Assembly: GCF_963506605.1 (NCBI RefSeq)
Contig: NC_083277.1
Location: forward strand, 58,652,001-58,716,000
Direction of reading: 5' to 3'
DNA length: 64,000 bases
DNA from: Zootoca vivipara
Taxonomy: Eukaryota
Shown here: in pieces, positions 1-12,730 of the stretch
How the letters are laid out: every line of letters starts with the position of its first letter
How positions within the stretch are numbered: the first letter of the stretch is position 1
Position numbers and translations under genes: made by a program
Notes under the pieces: model-generated
What the model was told of the DNA's origin: nothing
The model's input: the letters and a program-made list of their open reading frames with translations, nothing else
The model's database searches: none

Positions 1-210
1 AGACCCTCTGATATACATGAGCCTGGTATTGAAAGAGAGAACAACCAAAATAGCAATGCGTTCCATGACGTAAAGTGAGACATTATAGAAGAGATCAAAA
101 CAATACATGGTTGCAGGTTAGACATCTTTATTGGCAAATCAGACCTTCTTTTTGGAACATTTGCTATTAGAGTATAAGGCAAAGAGGTCTCTTGGAAATC
201 TGTCAAGTTC

Positions 211-3200
211 TCAGCACATTCCAAAATGCTGCAGCAACAGAGCCCCTTTGCTCTTCCTGGAAAGAAAAGGGTAACATATATTTAAAGTATTATTGTGGGT
301 AACTGGAATCATAAAACAAAGTTATATACGGTTGTTGTCTTTTAAAGCAGCTCTTAGTTTGAGAAATGCAATGACTTGCATTCCATCTTGTCCTCTAGAA
401 CTGCATCCCAATATGCAAAAAACATTTTGGTTCCTAATGTAAGCCACATTCACCACAGAAAATCAATCAAAATTCTGACTAGTAAAATCTTCCCATTTAA
501 ATACAGTGGCACCTCTGGTTACATCCATTCTTAATCTGAAACTCCATTCTTAATCTGAAACCGTTCTTAACCTGAGGTACCACTTTAGCTAAGGGGGCCT
601 CCCGCTGCCGCCATGCCACCACCGCAGCACAATTTCTCTTCTCATCCTGAGGTAAAGTTCTTAATCCGAAATACTACTTCCGGGTTAGCAGAGTCTATAA
701 CCCGAAGAGTTTGTAATCCGAACCATCTGTAACCTGAGGTACCACTGTAAACACAACAGACACTGTAAATGGAACTGTCAATATGAGCAGCGATGTTTAG
801 GGATACTGTACCTTGCTTCAGCAACATCTGTGCTATGCATAAGTGTACTTTGTTAAAGGTCCTGAGAAGACCCCTATTCCCCTCAGAGAGCTACAATTCC
901 CAGGGAATTCCTTCTTTCCAGGGAACTCTGGGAATTGTAGTTCTGTAAGGGGAATAGGGTCTCCTAACAACTCTCAGCTGCAAACAACAACTTATACTTC
1001 CCAGGATTCCTTAGGAGAAACCATAGTTTAAAGTGGGATGTATAGTCTGGGTGATGCCAGAGTAGCTTGACAGATCATGGATCAATAGTTAACAAAGAGA
1101 CCATGTTTTTGTGAGACTTTACAAATTAGGGAAAAACTTCAAAGTATAGTCTGGATGGAAGCATGACTATGAGACTATATTTTTAACCCTTTCAACTGAC
1201 AAAAGTGAATCCAGGAATTTGGATATGTGACTATATCCCAGCTCTGGAGAATCCTTGACATTGTGGTTGTTGTTGTTACTTCCTTGCACATCTGAGTTGG
1301 TTACCCCTGCCACTCTGGGCAGCTTCCAACAAAATATAAAAATGCAGTAAGGATATATGTAGGGTGGCTTAATTCTCATCCTACAAAAACTATCCCAGTG
1401 TCATCGTAAGTAGATATGGAGCAGCTTGGAGGTTTTGAATATATCTTTCTCTTCTATCATGTTATCATCACTTTAGTTTTTTAAAAAAAGAAATAATTAT
1501 TTCTATACGTACAGGGCATTAATGCAGAAATCACACTGGTTGCTATAGTTGTTCCCATCGGAACCGCAGTGAGGCATAAAATTGAAGGGGCACACTTGAT
1601 CATCTGGGCCAAATCCCTTGCAATAGTCCTGCAAAAAGAATGTTATTCTAAATCTGTCATCCTGTTAAATAAAACTAAGTTCCACATTACAAAATAAGTA
1701 GTGATGTAGCCATCAAACTTTGAGATTTGCTCACCAGTTCAACATACCGTAACTTCTTTTTTTTAAGTGCAATTTGTATTCAATTTTGTAAAGTCATACA
1801 TATTTGCAACAAAAAAAACAAAACCCCAAAAATGAAGAAATAGGAAATACAACAGTCATAATTTGATATGCATTATATTATCTCAAATAAATATTTTGGT
1901 TCATGTGAAGCATGTGCTGTGTTATGTCAGTATTTGTCAGAGGTTTTTGTGGCTACTCTTGAGTAATGACGCTCCACACCTCCTTTTCTTTAAGGTGTTT
2001 TTATTGTGCATATTATTTGCAGTGCAAAGAGTCTGGAAAACACGTCTGCTTAGTCCGAGTCAGAACCTCGGAATGTCTTCTTCCTGTTTTGTGCCCAACA
2101 TAACAGTTTGGGAACCCCAAAGTGCCTCGCTCTCGCCCTACGGGGTGCGTGCGCGGGGGGGGGAGGGCTCTCGCATGCTGTCAGAGGCTCTCGCATGCTG
2201 TCAGAGCCTCTCGCATCCCTCCCTACTTCTTGATTCCTGTAATCCCATCCTCAACTGGACTTGCTGCTCTGCGAAGAGCTCGACCTGATGAGGGGAGGGG
2301 GCTGTTCTCTATAAGCCCTCCCCCTTACAGTATTCAATAAACTTTACCCAATTCTGTCTAAACATACTAAGTTTATGCCTTCTTTCACTCTTGATACCTT
2401 ATAAAAATTCAACAACTGCAAAAATTTAGGTTGTTTTTTTTGTGCTTCCAATTCTGTTACGAGAGAAATTCATACTTGCCACTTCCAATATCTAGAATAA
2501 CACAATCATGCTGCTTACCTGAATCTGAATACATTGACCTTCATACTTCACACCCACATTTTTGTTGGATTCCCTGGGTAAGAGAGAGAGAAAAGTTGAC
2601 AAATTCTTTGCTGTAGTTCACATTATGAAAATAAACTATGTGAGAATACAATAGGATTGGTCTCATGTAAGCCACTGTAAGCTTGGAAAGAAGGTGGGGT
2701 GGGAAAGCGCCAAATACAATATCAAATACAATATCTCAATAATGAGATATCATTATAAAGAATGATCCATTGCCTGGGGGGGGGAAATGTTCAGTATCCA
2801 CATTACTTACAGGTTTTGACGACAAAGATCACATTTACTGATATATGTGGTATCATCTGTTCCGCAGACTGGTTTAGCGATTTTTGTGCAGAGCATGAGT
2901 CCTTTCGCTTGTCTGAATTCACTGCAATCCATCTATAAAAGAAATATGTAGCATTTTATTCTACCCAGCTATCCTCTCTACAGTTACCTCTGCACATTCA
3001 TGTTTCCAGTTGTTGTTTTTAATTCTAAACATGGGGGGGGGAGAGAGAGAGAATCTACCCTTTCCTTTTACATGCCTTTTTATTTCATACAAGGAGGAAG
3101 GAACATATAGATCACTAGACCAAATAACATTGATTGAATGTGGCTCTTTAGCTGACTGCCAAGGCATTGTTTTGAAGAAACAGCCTACCATCCTTCTCAG

Positions 3201-3346
3201 TAATTCATTCATTGTTGCACTGCTATTACCATCAAGTAGTTTCTTCCAATTTCCCAATAAAACCTAGCTTCCTATAGCTTGAGCACATTCAATCTAGTTT
3301 TGCCCTAGTTCTCTGGGGCAGCAAAGAACAAACTTGCCCTCTTCTA

Positions 3347-3404
<58 letters not shown>

Positions 3405-5362
3405 CCGCCCTATACCTGGGGGTCTCAGGACTGTTCACAAAATTCTTCTATTCCACAATCCTTCAAGGATCATATCATATCCCTCCTCAGCTCCAAGCTA
3501 AACCTATCCAGTATTCTTTCCATTTGTCCTTGTAGGACCTGTTTTCCATCGTGTTGATGTTCTTAATTGCCGCCCTCTGAACCTGTACCAATTGGGCTAA
3601 ATTATTCTTAAAATGTGGAAACAGTATTCCAGATGAGGTCTATGCAGAACTGGCAAAGCTAACAGTGAAAATGACAGATCAATATGATGGACAATTTATG
3701 GAATGGTGGAAGCCTTTTGGGGATTATTTGGAAGAAAAAACATAACCAAATGAAATCAGTGGCAGGATTTGAAATTTGAGCAAGAGGAAGAAAATGATAA
3801 TACATGAAATAGAGGAATGTGAGATATAATAGAGCAATATGCATTACGTGGAACATGTGATATTATGCAGTATGTGGGAGGGAAGATGGGAAGTCAAATT
3901 ATAAGAGAAATTTGGAAGTAATTGGTTAAAGTTATGAAAATTTAATAAAAATCTTTAGGAAAGTAAAAGTATTCCAGATGAGGTCTGACTAGTGTTGAAT
4001 TACTGTGAATCTATTACTTCCAGCTGGTCAGAAATTGGTTCTATTAAGATATCCTTTAAAAAAAAATTAGTTTTGGGGGGCAGTACATCACGTGGGTTTG
4101 CTCAGGATAACTTGCCTATACAAAACTGGCATCCCTACTCAGCAATCAAGGCAAATGGACTTGCATGTATTTTATGGGAAACCAAACACCTCTTAGGAAA
4201 TTGTAAATGAGGTTTGATCCCATTATTTACAGAAGCTAACAGCCATTTTTTCGCAGGCCGTGCTATGAAGGCTTATATAGCTCAGGGCCCTAATATGGTA
4301 CACGTTATGGAACGCCTTTTCCCATATTGGCCTGCCCATGCCCTGAGGTCATCATCAAAACTCTTCTCTACGTGCCCCTCTGGCAGTTTTCAGGAAGATG
4401 GTGGCAACAGGGGTAAAACTAGGCTTCATTTCTCCCAGGTCTAAGACCCAGTTTGGTCAAAAACAAAACAAAACAAAACAACAACAACAACAACAACATA
4501 TGGTCATATCTCTGCTAATAACTGTGCTCTTCCACAGCTCTCCTTCACTATAATTGCACAGGAGAACTGCTGTGTGTGGGTTTATGTGTCTGCAGTGAGA
4601 ACACCAGCATTTCCCCCTTACACTTGAGGAACACAATTCTAATTCTTCTCCACCTGCCAACTTGCAATTACAGCTTTAGCTGTATTGCCAACCAACTGCA
4701 GAAGGCTGTAAGAGCAATATGGCATTACTCACTGTGTTCGCCTGAACATTTTCGTACCCGAAGATGCCTGAAAAAAGACCAAAAACATATAGATGCCATT
4801 TCTGAGCTCTCAAAAATTCAGAAGGAAAGCTCTAAAGACATTAAGAGTTGCACAACAGCTTCTCCTTCTTTAAAACTAAGAATGTGTTGTAGAAGAACAA
4901 AATAATTATAAGACTTAGTAGACCTATTTCAGATTACTCAGTTACTCAGTTGTATTAACTCTTTGCTGTATGAGACATTTTTACCGCTACCATGAATATC
5001 CAATTAATGCTTTAATAAGCCTAATAGCAACTTTTTCAAAAGATTATAGAGATTGGAGAATGATCAGCAGTTGGTATGCTGAGCACCAGTCATTTCATAT
5101 AATTATAAATGTGTGCCTCTAATCAGGTCTATAATATTTTTCCTGTTCTAGGGATGCGTGGATTTGTCCATGTTGCTTTCTCAGTGTGCCATTTCCCCAA
5201 TCTTACTCTGTCTCTCTGTCTCTCTCTCTCTCCCTCTCCCTTTCCCTCTCCCTCTCCCTCTCCCTCTCCCTCTCTTCCTCTCTTCCTCTCTTCCTCTCTC
5301 TCTCTGAGTGACTCACCTGTGAAGCACCAAAGTGCCAGAGCAACAACCACAAATGCACCCAT
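211..5362 (-). CDS. Two-domain Kazal-type serine protease inhibitor (ovomucoid-like, copy 1), 6 coding exons, 139 aa
   Basis: Minus-strand exons with GT-AG sites and matching phases: 5362-5317 (MGAFVVVALALWCFT, signal peptide), 4767-4733 (GIFGYENVQANT), 2932-2811 (MDCSEFRQAKGLMLCTKIAKPVCGTDDTTYISKCDLCRQN), 2573-2519 (LESNKNVGVKYEGQCIQIQ), 1628-1513 ([38 protein letters not shown]), 256-211 (LKSKGALLLQHFGMC*). Total 420 nt. Both domains have all six Kazal cysteines. AATAAA at 132-127. Confidence 0.9.
504..747. mobile_element. Non-autonomous Tc1/mariner-pogo type MITE (paralog at 13028-13272; related copy at about 16710-16953)
   Basis: TIRs CAGTGGCACCTC...GAGGTACCACTG flanked by TA. Confidence 0.8.
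1935..2329 (-). mobile_element. Solo LTR in an intron of copy 1
   Basis: TG...CA termini, 5-bp TSD GTATT (1930-1934 and 2330-2334), AATAAA on the minus strand. The empty site is visible in copy 2 at about 14740. Confidence 0.8.
3660..3960 (+). mobile_element. L1-like 3' end fragment
   Basis: Degenerate W..F..Y-type ORF2 end followed by an A-rich 3'UTR and aataaaaa; it interrupts an older CR1-like fragment. Confidence 0.45.
5205..5306. repeat. CT-rich microsatellite beside the exon 1 donor (pure (CT)n at 20057-20115 in copy 2)
   Basis: Direct reading. Other SSRs: (TAT)n 3347-3403, (CA)n 7300-7341, (GACA)n 7700-7739, (CA)n 24418-24467, (TA)n 29723-29785 and 30180-30226. Confidence 0.9.
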
Positions 5363-5461
5363 TCTTCACTGAGCACTGAATGCACCAATGTTCAGCTGAG
5401 AAGATTGTCTCGTAGAACAACTTTACCAGCAGGATATCAGATGCACACATGCAAGGACCTC

Positions 5462-5470
5462 TATATATAT
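5462..5470 (-). promoter_or_regulatory. TATA box of ovomucoid-like copy 1
   Basis: TATATATA about 100 bp upstream of the ATG; conserved in copy 2 at 20275-20283. Confidence 0.6.
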
Positions 5471-5522
5471 GCACAGGAGTTTACTTTACATTTCTTCATT
5501 GTGAAAGACTTGGCACTCTAAG

Positions 5523-6464
5523 TGTAGGAACGTTACTATAAAATATAGCAGGGTTAAACGTTTCCTTATTGAATTTACACAGCAGCAAGTGGATTGCTGA
5601 CTCCTATGAGTCCTTTCTGCCTTCTTGGTTGTTAATCACTTTTGTCCCTCTTGAAAGAATAAATACACATGAATCTGAATGATAACAATATAAACTTGTT
5701 TACTGTCAGATTAATTGAGTACATACTTAGGTCACAATAAATATAAACTATATTTTATATTTAGTCACTACATGTAGACCTGATATTGCTAATGCAGTGG
5801 GGATACTTAGTAGGAAAGTAAATTCTCCCACTGAGTATGATTGGGCAAGTGTAAAAAGAGTGGTGAGGTATCTAAAGGGTACTATGTATTATAAATTAAG
5901 ATTACCATCTGTCAGTAATCCTAGTTTGATTGGGTATACTGATTCAGATTGGGCTGGTGACAATGTTGATTATAAATCTACATCTGGGTGTGTATTTATG
6001 TTTGGAGATGGACCTATTTCATGGGAAAGTTATAAGCAGAACTGTATAGCGTTATCTTCCACAGAAGCAGAATATACTGCAGCTACAGAAGCATGCAGAG
6101 AGGTTGCCTGGCTGGATCAACTCATTAAAGATTTTGGGTTGGTGAGCAAAGTACCTGTCAAACTGTTGGAAGATAATCAAAGTTGTATAAAGTTATCTCA
6201 GAATGAGAAGTTTCACGCAAGATCAAAACACATTGGTGTGAAGTACCACTATATACATGACATGATTCAAAATGGTCTTGTGGAGCTATGTTACTGCAGC
6301 ACCAAAGAGATGACGGTAGATATCCTAACAAACCTCTGACAAACGAAAGTTTCCAGAGCTTACGAGGAAAACTGGGACTTTGTGTAGAAGAGTAAAGTTC
6401 TTCAGTTTATTAATGTTGTATTGCCTGAGAAGGGGTTTGTGGGATGTGTCAGTCAAATCCAACA
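5523..6464 (+). mobile_element. Ty1/Copia-derived 942-bp internally deleted element
   Basis: Ends TGTAGGA...TCCAACA with 5-bp TSD CTAAG (5518-5522, 6465-6469); copy 2 has the empty site. Contains the Copia RT end and RNase H (5797-6339: RYLKGT, YTDSDWAGD, LSSTEAEY, RSKHI) and a PPT-like GAGAAGGGG near 6427. Confidence 0.85.
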
Positions 6465-6814
6465 CTAAGGACAGTTTCACAACATAAAGATTTGACCTTC
6501 TGGGGGGATTCTTTCCACACCCATAGGATCAGGACAGAATGAAGGTAGAATGGTGTCTTCTCACCTGCTTCTCCTGCCACCAAGATGTACAGTTCCTTTA
6601 TTTACTATATCTTTTAAGAGAAAACCAATTGGAGAGGGACATTTGAAGCCATTCAGAAGTCTTTTCCCAATGAAATGAAATCTTCTGGGGGTAGGGAGAA
6701 TCCACAGTAAGAAGAATGGTTTCTGAGGTAAACTTTTCTCTTTATCAGTGCAATGAGCACAATAGTGATAAGAATATATTGTCCAATCTAGTGCTGGATT
6801 TACGTATAATCTAA

Positions 6815-7040
6815 ACAAGCTATAACATCTATGGAGGGAAATGTCCCTTTCTCTTCAGGCCTCACCCATACCATCACCACAAAGAAATATATTCTTCCTT
6901 CTGCTTATAGTCTGCTTTGCCAGCTAGTGAATATCTTGCAAGATCTTAATTTGATTAATCAATAAATAAGCTAAGCAGCATTATCAGCCTTGTATTGTTC
7001 CCTTGGGACAAACATCTCTCCATATATTTATGTTCTGTTT
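6815..7040 (+). pseudogene. Orphan 3'UTR/polyA relic of a single-domain Kazal gene
   Basis: Aligns by eye to the 3'UTRs of genes A/B/C (aacatct..gtccc.tt.ctcttca.gc.tcac.cat..catcacc...gtgaatatctt gcaa.atctt aatt..tt.atcaataaataagct). No coding exons are found upstream. Confidence 0.7.
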
Positions 7041-7296
7041 GTTTAGCCTATTATCTGATTTTTTAAAAAATAACACCCCCCCCACTTTTCAGCACCACAC
7101 AGAAAGGTAATATATTTATGGAATTTGGGGGACAATATACAGTAATATTTGGAAGTTTGTTAATAATTACACGCACACACAAAGAGTAAAGCTTAAATGC
7201 TCAGCTGAATTTACTCAATATGAACTATAACACTTCACACTGTTAGATTGCCTGTCAATATGATTTGTGCCCACACATGCATGCACACATGTGCGT

Positions 7297-7344
<48 letters not shown>

Positions 7345-7694
7345 CCTCCCTGCTTGTAGAAAACCAGCTCATTAGGGAGACATCTAAGGTAGACCCCCTT
7401 CTCCCTAGTGTGGATTGACCACTGATTCATTAGGGCAAATGGAGTCAACTTCAGCCTCCTTCCCCCTGTCTGGCTTCTTACTTACAACCACCCAGCAGAT
7501 GGCTCTTCTTGTGATTGGCTCCAGATCCTGTTTTCTGCCCTACCAGTCCCAATGGGCACCAGGTCCACTGGTGTGTCAGCCTTTCCCCTTTGAATGGGGA
7601 TTGGACCCAATCACATATAAAGTTGGGGTAGGTGTGTGTGTGTGTGTAATTTTAAGAATGAGAGACCACACAGATAGAACCCATTGACACACAC

Positions 7695-7739
<45 letters not shown>

Positions 7740-8309
7740 TGTTTGTTTAGCACACCAAATCTTCTCCCTCACGTTACTGTTGGCTTAGGAAACAGACTTG
7801 GGGGAAAGAGCTGGCTTATATAGCCAATCTCCGACCCTCTTCTGATTGGTGGATAACCCGCCAGGTAGACCTCACCCCTCACTTTCCCTTCGGGAGCTGC
7901 AGACGCTCCTGAGTCATCTTGGAATTGGGAGAGGTGAGAGTAAATGTGTCCCCCTGCGCTACTTGCAGGAACAACAATTTTAGAACAGTCTTTCCATGTG
8001 CACTAGGGGGACTATCCATCTTTTATTGCTAATGTTGCTGCCTATCATTGTGTAGCCAAAATGGCAACACACATACGCAACCAGCAGATTTGGGGGCATC
8101 CTGAGGTTTTCAGAAGTACAGAACATCTGAGGTGGAGGGGAGCCCCTAAGGTGAAGGCAAATGGCCCAAGCATCCCAGTGAGCAATGGAGGTTGGTCTAT
8201 TCGGGAAAGCAGGGCACCGCCTCACCAACCTCAGTCTGCACTCACAGCCCCCATCTTCCCACCTTCTTAGTTACAGTCGGCCCAGGGTGGTAGTGGTGGT
8301 GGTGGTGGT

Positions 8310-8402
8310 TTATTCAACTTATACACCTCCCTATACCCAGAAGTCTCAGGGTGGTTCACAACAAGACCATAACATATTAGATCAAACTAAAAGCAATAAC
8401 CC

Positions 8403-8434
<32 letters not shown>

Positions 8435-8690
8435 CGAAAAGAACCTCATTCTAAAAGGGTGTTGGATGTCAATAAGATCAACCAAAGGCCTGGTTAGAAG
8501 GGAACGTTTTTGCCTGGTGCCTAAAGGTGTCTAATGAAGGCACCAGGCGAACTTCCCTGGGAAGAGCATTCCACAGACGAGGAGCCACTGCAGAGAAGAC
8601 CCCTTCTCGTGTTGTCACCCTCCGGACCTTTTGAAGAGGCGACATATGAAGGAGGGCCTCGGAAAATGACCTCAGGGTCTGAGTACGTTC
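8310..8690 (-). mobile_element. Old L2 LINE 3' fragment
   Basis: Resembles the 3' end of the adjacent L2 (gcattccacagacgaggagccactgcagagaaga). Confidence 0.55.
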
Positions 8691-8799
8691 AGTATAATCT
8701 CAGGATTACAGTATAATAGCATACAGAGACAGAGTATTATTGTGCAGATGATAATATCATTTTGAATTCTGGACTATGCCGTATTTTATATTCCTTATA

Positions 8800-8811
8800 G
8801 TAGTAGTAGTA

Positions 8812-8850
<39 letters not shown>

Positions 8851-10833
8851 TTTTATTATTTATACCCCGCCCATCTGGCTGGGTTTCCCTAGCCACTCTG
8901 GGCGGCTTCCAACCGAATATTAAAACACTACAGCATTAAACATTAAAAACTTCCCTAAACAGGGCCGCCTTCAGTTGTCTTCTAAAAGTAAAATAGTTAC
9001 TTATTGCCTTGACATCTGCTGGGAGGGCGTTCCACAGGACGGGTGCCGCTACCGAGAAGGCCCTCTGTCTGGTTCCCTGTAACCTCACTTCTCGCAATGA
9101 GGGAACCGCCAGAAGGTCCTCAGTGCTGGATCTCAGTGTCCGGGCTGAATGGTGGGGGTGAGACACTCCTTCAGGTATACAGGACCAAGGCCGTTGAGGG
9201 CTTTAAAGGTCAGTACCAACACTTTGAATTGTGCTCGGAAACGTACTGGGAGCCAGTGTAGATCTCTCAGGACCGGTGTTACGTGGTCCCGGCGGCCACT
9301 CCCAGTCACTAGTCTAGTTGCCGCATTCTGGATTAATTGCAGTTTCCGGGTCACCTTCAAAGGTAGCCCAACGTAGAGCGCATTGCAGTAGTCCAAGCAG
9401 GAGATAACCAGAGCATGCACCACTCCGGCGAGGCAGTCCGCGGGCAGGTAGGGTCTCAGCCTGAGTACCAGATGGAGCTGATAGACAGCCGCCCTGGACA
9501 CAGAACTAACCTGTGCCTCCATGGACAGCTGTGAGTCCAAAATGACTCCTAGGCTGCACACCTGGTCCTTCAGGGGCACAGTTACCCCATTCAAGACCAG
9601 GGAGTCCTCCACACCTGCCCGCCTCCTGTCCCCCCAAAATAGTACTTCTGTCTTGTCAGGATTCAACTTCAATCCGTTAGCCACCATCCATCCTCCAACC
9701 GCCTCCAGGCACTCACACAGGACCTTCACTGCCTTCACTGGTTCTGATTTAAAAGAGAGGTAGAGCTGGGTGTCATCTGCATACTGATGAACACCCAGCC
9801 CAAACCCCCTGATGATCTCTCCCAGCGGCTTCATATAGATATTAAAAAGCATGGGGGAGAGGACAGAACCCTGAGGCACCCCACAAGTGAGTGCCCAGGG
9901 GTCCGAACTCTCATCCCCCCCACCCCTTTCTGAACATGGCCCAGGAGGAAGGAGCGGAACCACTGTATGACAGTGCCCCCAGCTCCCAGCCCCTCTAGAC
10001 GGTCCAGAAGGATGTTATGGTCGATGGTGTCAAAGGCCGCTGAGAGATCCAGCAGAACTAGGAAACAGCTCTCACCTTTGTCCCTAGCTCGCCGGAGATC
10101 ATCGACCAGCGCGACCAAGGCAGTTTCAGTCCCATGGTGAGGCCTGAATCCCGATTGGAAGGGATCCAAATGGTCCGCTTCTTCCAGGCGTGCTTGGAGT
10201 TTTTCAGCGACCACCCGCTCAATCACCTTGCCCAAGAATGGTAGATTTGAGACTGGGCGTATTGGCCATATTGGCCGGGTCTCAAGATTTTTTTTAAAAG
10301 AAGCGGTTTAATGACCGCCTCTTTCAGTAGGTCTGGGAAGGCTCCCTCATAGAGGGAAGCATTCGCCACCATGCGGAGCCCATCGCCCAGCCCTTCCCGG
10401 CTCGCTTTTATTAGCCAGGATGGGCAAGGATCAAGGAGACAGGTGGTTGGTTTCACTCGTCCAAGCAGCCTGTCCACATCCTCGGAGGTAACAGATTGGA
10501 ATTGATCCCATATAACATGACTAGACAGGGCTCTAGCACTCTCCCGCCCTGGCCCTGCTCCCACGGTGGAGTCTACCTCCTTCCGAATCTCAGCGACTTT
10601 ATCTGTAAAAAAAAACTTTGCAAAAGTATTGCAGGAGATCTTGGGGTCCCTACCAGGCCCCGATGATGAAGGTGGTTCCGATAGATTGCGAACCACCTGA
10701 AAAAGTCTCCTGCTGCTGTTTTCTGCAGATGCAATAGAAACGGTGAAGAAGGTCCTCTTCGCCATTGCCATTGCCACTTGGTAGGCTCGATGTTGAGCTC
10801 TAACCCATGTCCGGTCTGATTCAGAATGAGTTT
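8800..10833 (-). mobile_element. 5'-truncated L2-clade LINE with frameshifted ORF2 (RT)
   Basis: ORF pieces 10777-10223, 10235-9831, 9963-9133 and 9166-8936 carry [35 protein letters not shown] and LHWLP motifs; (TAT)n 3' tail. Confidence 0.92.
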
Positions 10834-11362
10834 AAGTATACATGAGCCTGGTATTGAAAGAGAGAGTTTAAGTATAAACTCATTCTGTGTGCATTAAGTA
10901 TTCCTATACTTATTCCTCTAATAAGTATAGGAATAACTTATTACAAAAGGATTTCCTCCATACCATGCCTTTATTATTTTTCTGGTTTGGACTGATCTAA
11001 CCCTTTTCAGGTATTCCACTCACATGCAAACGCAACATGCAAGCAAGAAGAAGCATACTAAGCTTTACCCCACTGCTTTCCCCATCATCCTCTGTGAGTT
11101 GGAGGGTGAACTTCTGCATTGGGGAGGCTCTTATATGCAGAGATCTTCTAACTGATCTTCCAGTTTGGGAAGTTTGATGTAGACACCAATGGAAGCACCT
11201 CAAGCATTGCTTTTATATGGGACTGGAATGCCCAGAGAGAACTTTGAGCTTATTGGAAAGAGAAGAAGAAAGAGATAAAGGCTGTTCATCTTCTCATATG
11301 GGGGGACGGGGACGGGGGATGGCAACTATGCGTTTTATAACATTTAGGCTAGTTATTCATTA

Positions 11363-11716
11363 AGGTAAAGGTAAAGGGACCCCTGACCATTAGGTCCAGT
11401 CGTGTCCGACTCTGGGGTTGCGCGCTCATCTCGCATTATTGGCCGAGGGAGCCGGCGTATAGCTTCCAGGTCATGTGGCCAGCCTGACAAAGCCGCTTCT
11501 GGCAAACCAGAGCAGCACATGGAAACGCCGTTTACCTTCCCGCTGTAGCGGTTCCTATTTATCTACTTGCATTTTGAGGTGCTTTCGAACTGCTAGGTTG
11601 GCAGGAGCTGGGACCAAGCAACGGGAGCTCACCCCGTCACAGGGATTCGAACCGCCGACCTTCTGATCAGCAAGCCCTAGGCTCAGTGGTTTAACCACAG
11701 CGCCACCTGGGTCCCG
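11363..11716 (-). mobile_element. Sauria SINE, full length
   Basis: tRNA-like head (GGTGGCGCTGTGG...GGTTCGAATCCC), (ACCTTT)n tail, 13-bp TSD TAGTTATTCATTA (11350-11362, 11717-11729). Confidence 0.9.
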
Positions 11717-12730
11717 TAGTTATTCATTAGTGGCTTGCAAATTATGCAGTGAAGTCGTTTCCTCCTGCTGCATTTCAAGTCACAATATTATGTTGCTGTA
11801 CACACCAGAGAGGGGGAGGGGATGCACATTAGTTGTTTGGTTTCCTCACAACAGAAATTCTCCCCCAGACTCCTATTCAATGAAGCTGTCGCCTGGGCAT
11901 GCAGTGTATGTCTGAAAGGCACACACTTCAGCTTAACCACAGCCTACTTTTCAAATCAGGTGGAAGCCTATTTCAAGGGAAAGAGCTGTATGTCTCAAGA
12001 TATTACAGGATACATATGTATTGGACTAATGTCATGCATACTCAGCTTCACACACCAGGCATGGAGCATACTGGAGCCAGAGTAAAGAGTAATGTGTACA
12101 CAGCCTGAATTGATGGACAGAGAGAGACTTTCTGAAATCTCTCTAAGAGCTGTATGGAATTGGAAATACAGTATAGAACTTCCTGTTACGTTGGTCTCAA
12201 AGCTAGGCCTCATCCTACTATCTCAAATACATCATCTTCTTGTTTCCCTGAAGAAACAGTCTCCAAAAAAAGTATTTGTTCTATGTCTATTGTCCAACAT
12301 GCCTTCACATTTGCCTGGCAGTAATGCCTGAATTATTTTTCTCAACATCCATTGCTGTGTGTTATCTCTCTCTCTCCCTCTCTGCTTTTCCCCACTTGCT
12401 GAAATAAAGTGACCTGTGTGCTACTATGAGTGACATATTCTAGGAAAGGATAGACTATTTGTTCAGGTACACTGGACAAATATGCTTTCCTTCCTGGGGT
12501 TAAAACCCTAAACCCTACACAGACCCTCAGATATACATGAGCCTGGTATTGAAAGAGAGAACAACCAAAATAGCAATGCATTCCATGACGTAAAGTGAGA
12601 CATTATAGAAGAGATCAAAACAATACATGGTTGCAGGTTAGACATCTTTATTGGCAAATCAGACCTTCTTTTTGGAACATTTGCTATTAGAGTATAAGGC
12701 AAAGAGGTCTCTTGGAAATCTGTCAAGTTC

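Larger units (their letters stand above)
1..6790. repeat. Segmental duplication unit, paralogous to about 12521-20915
   Basis: Near-identical sequence (1-60 vs 12521-12580 and onward), interrupted by copy-specific insertions and deletions. Confidence 0.95.

Noticed and set aside
5109-5388. ORFs rich in ERER/SPSP
   Set aside because: Translation of a CT microsatellite; only 5362-5317 is a real exon.
11640-11716. tRNA-like A/B boxes
   Set aside because: Head of a Sauria SINE, not a tRNA gene.
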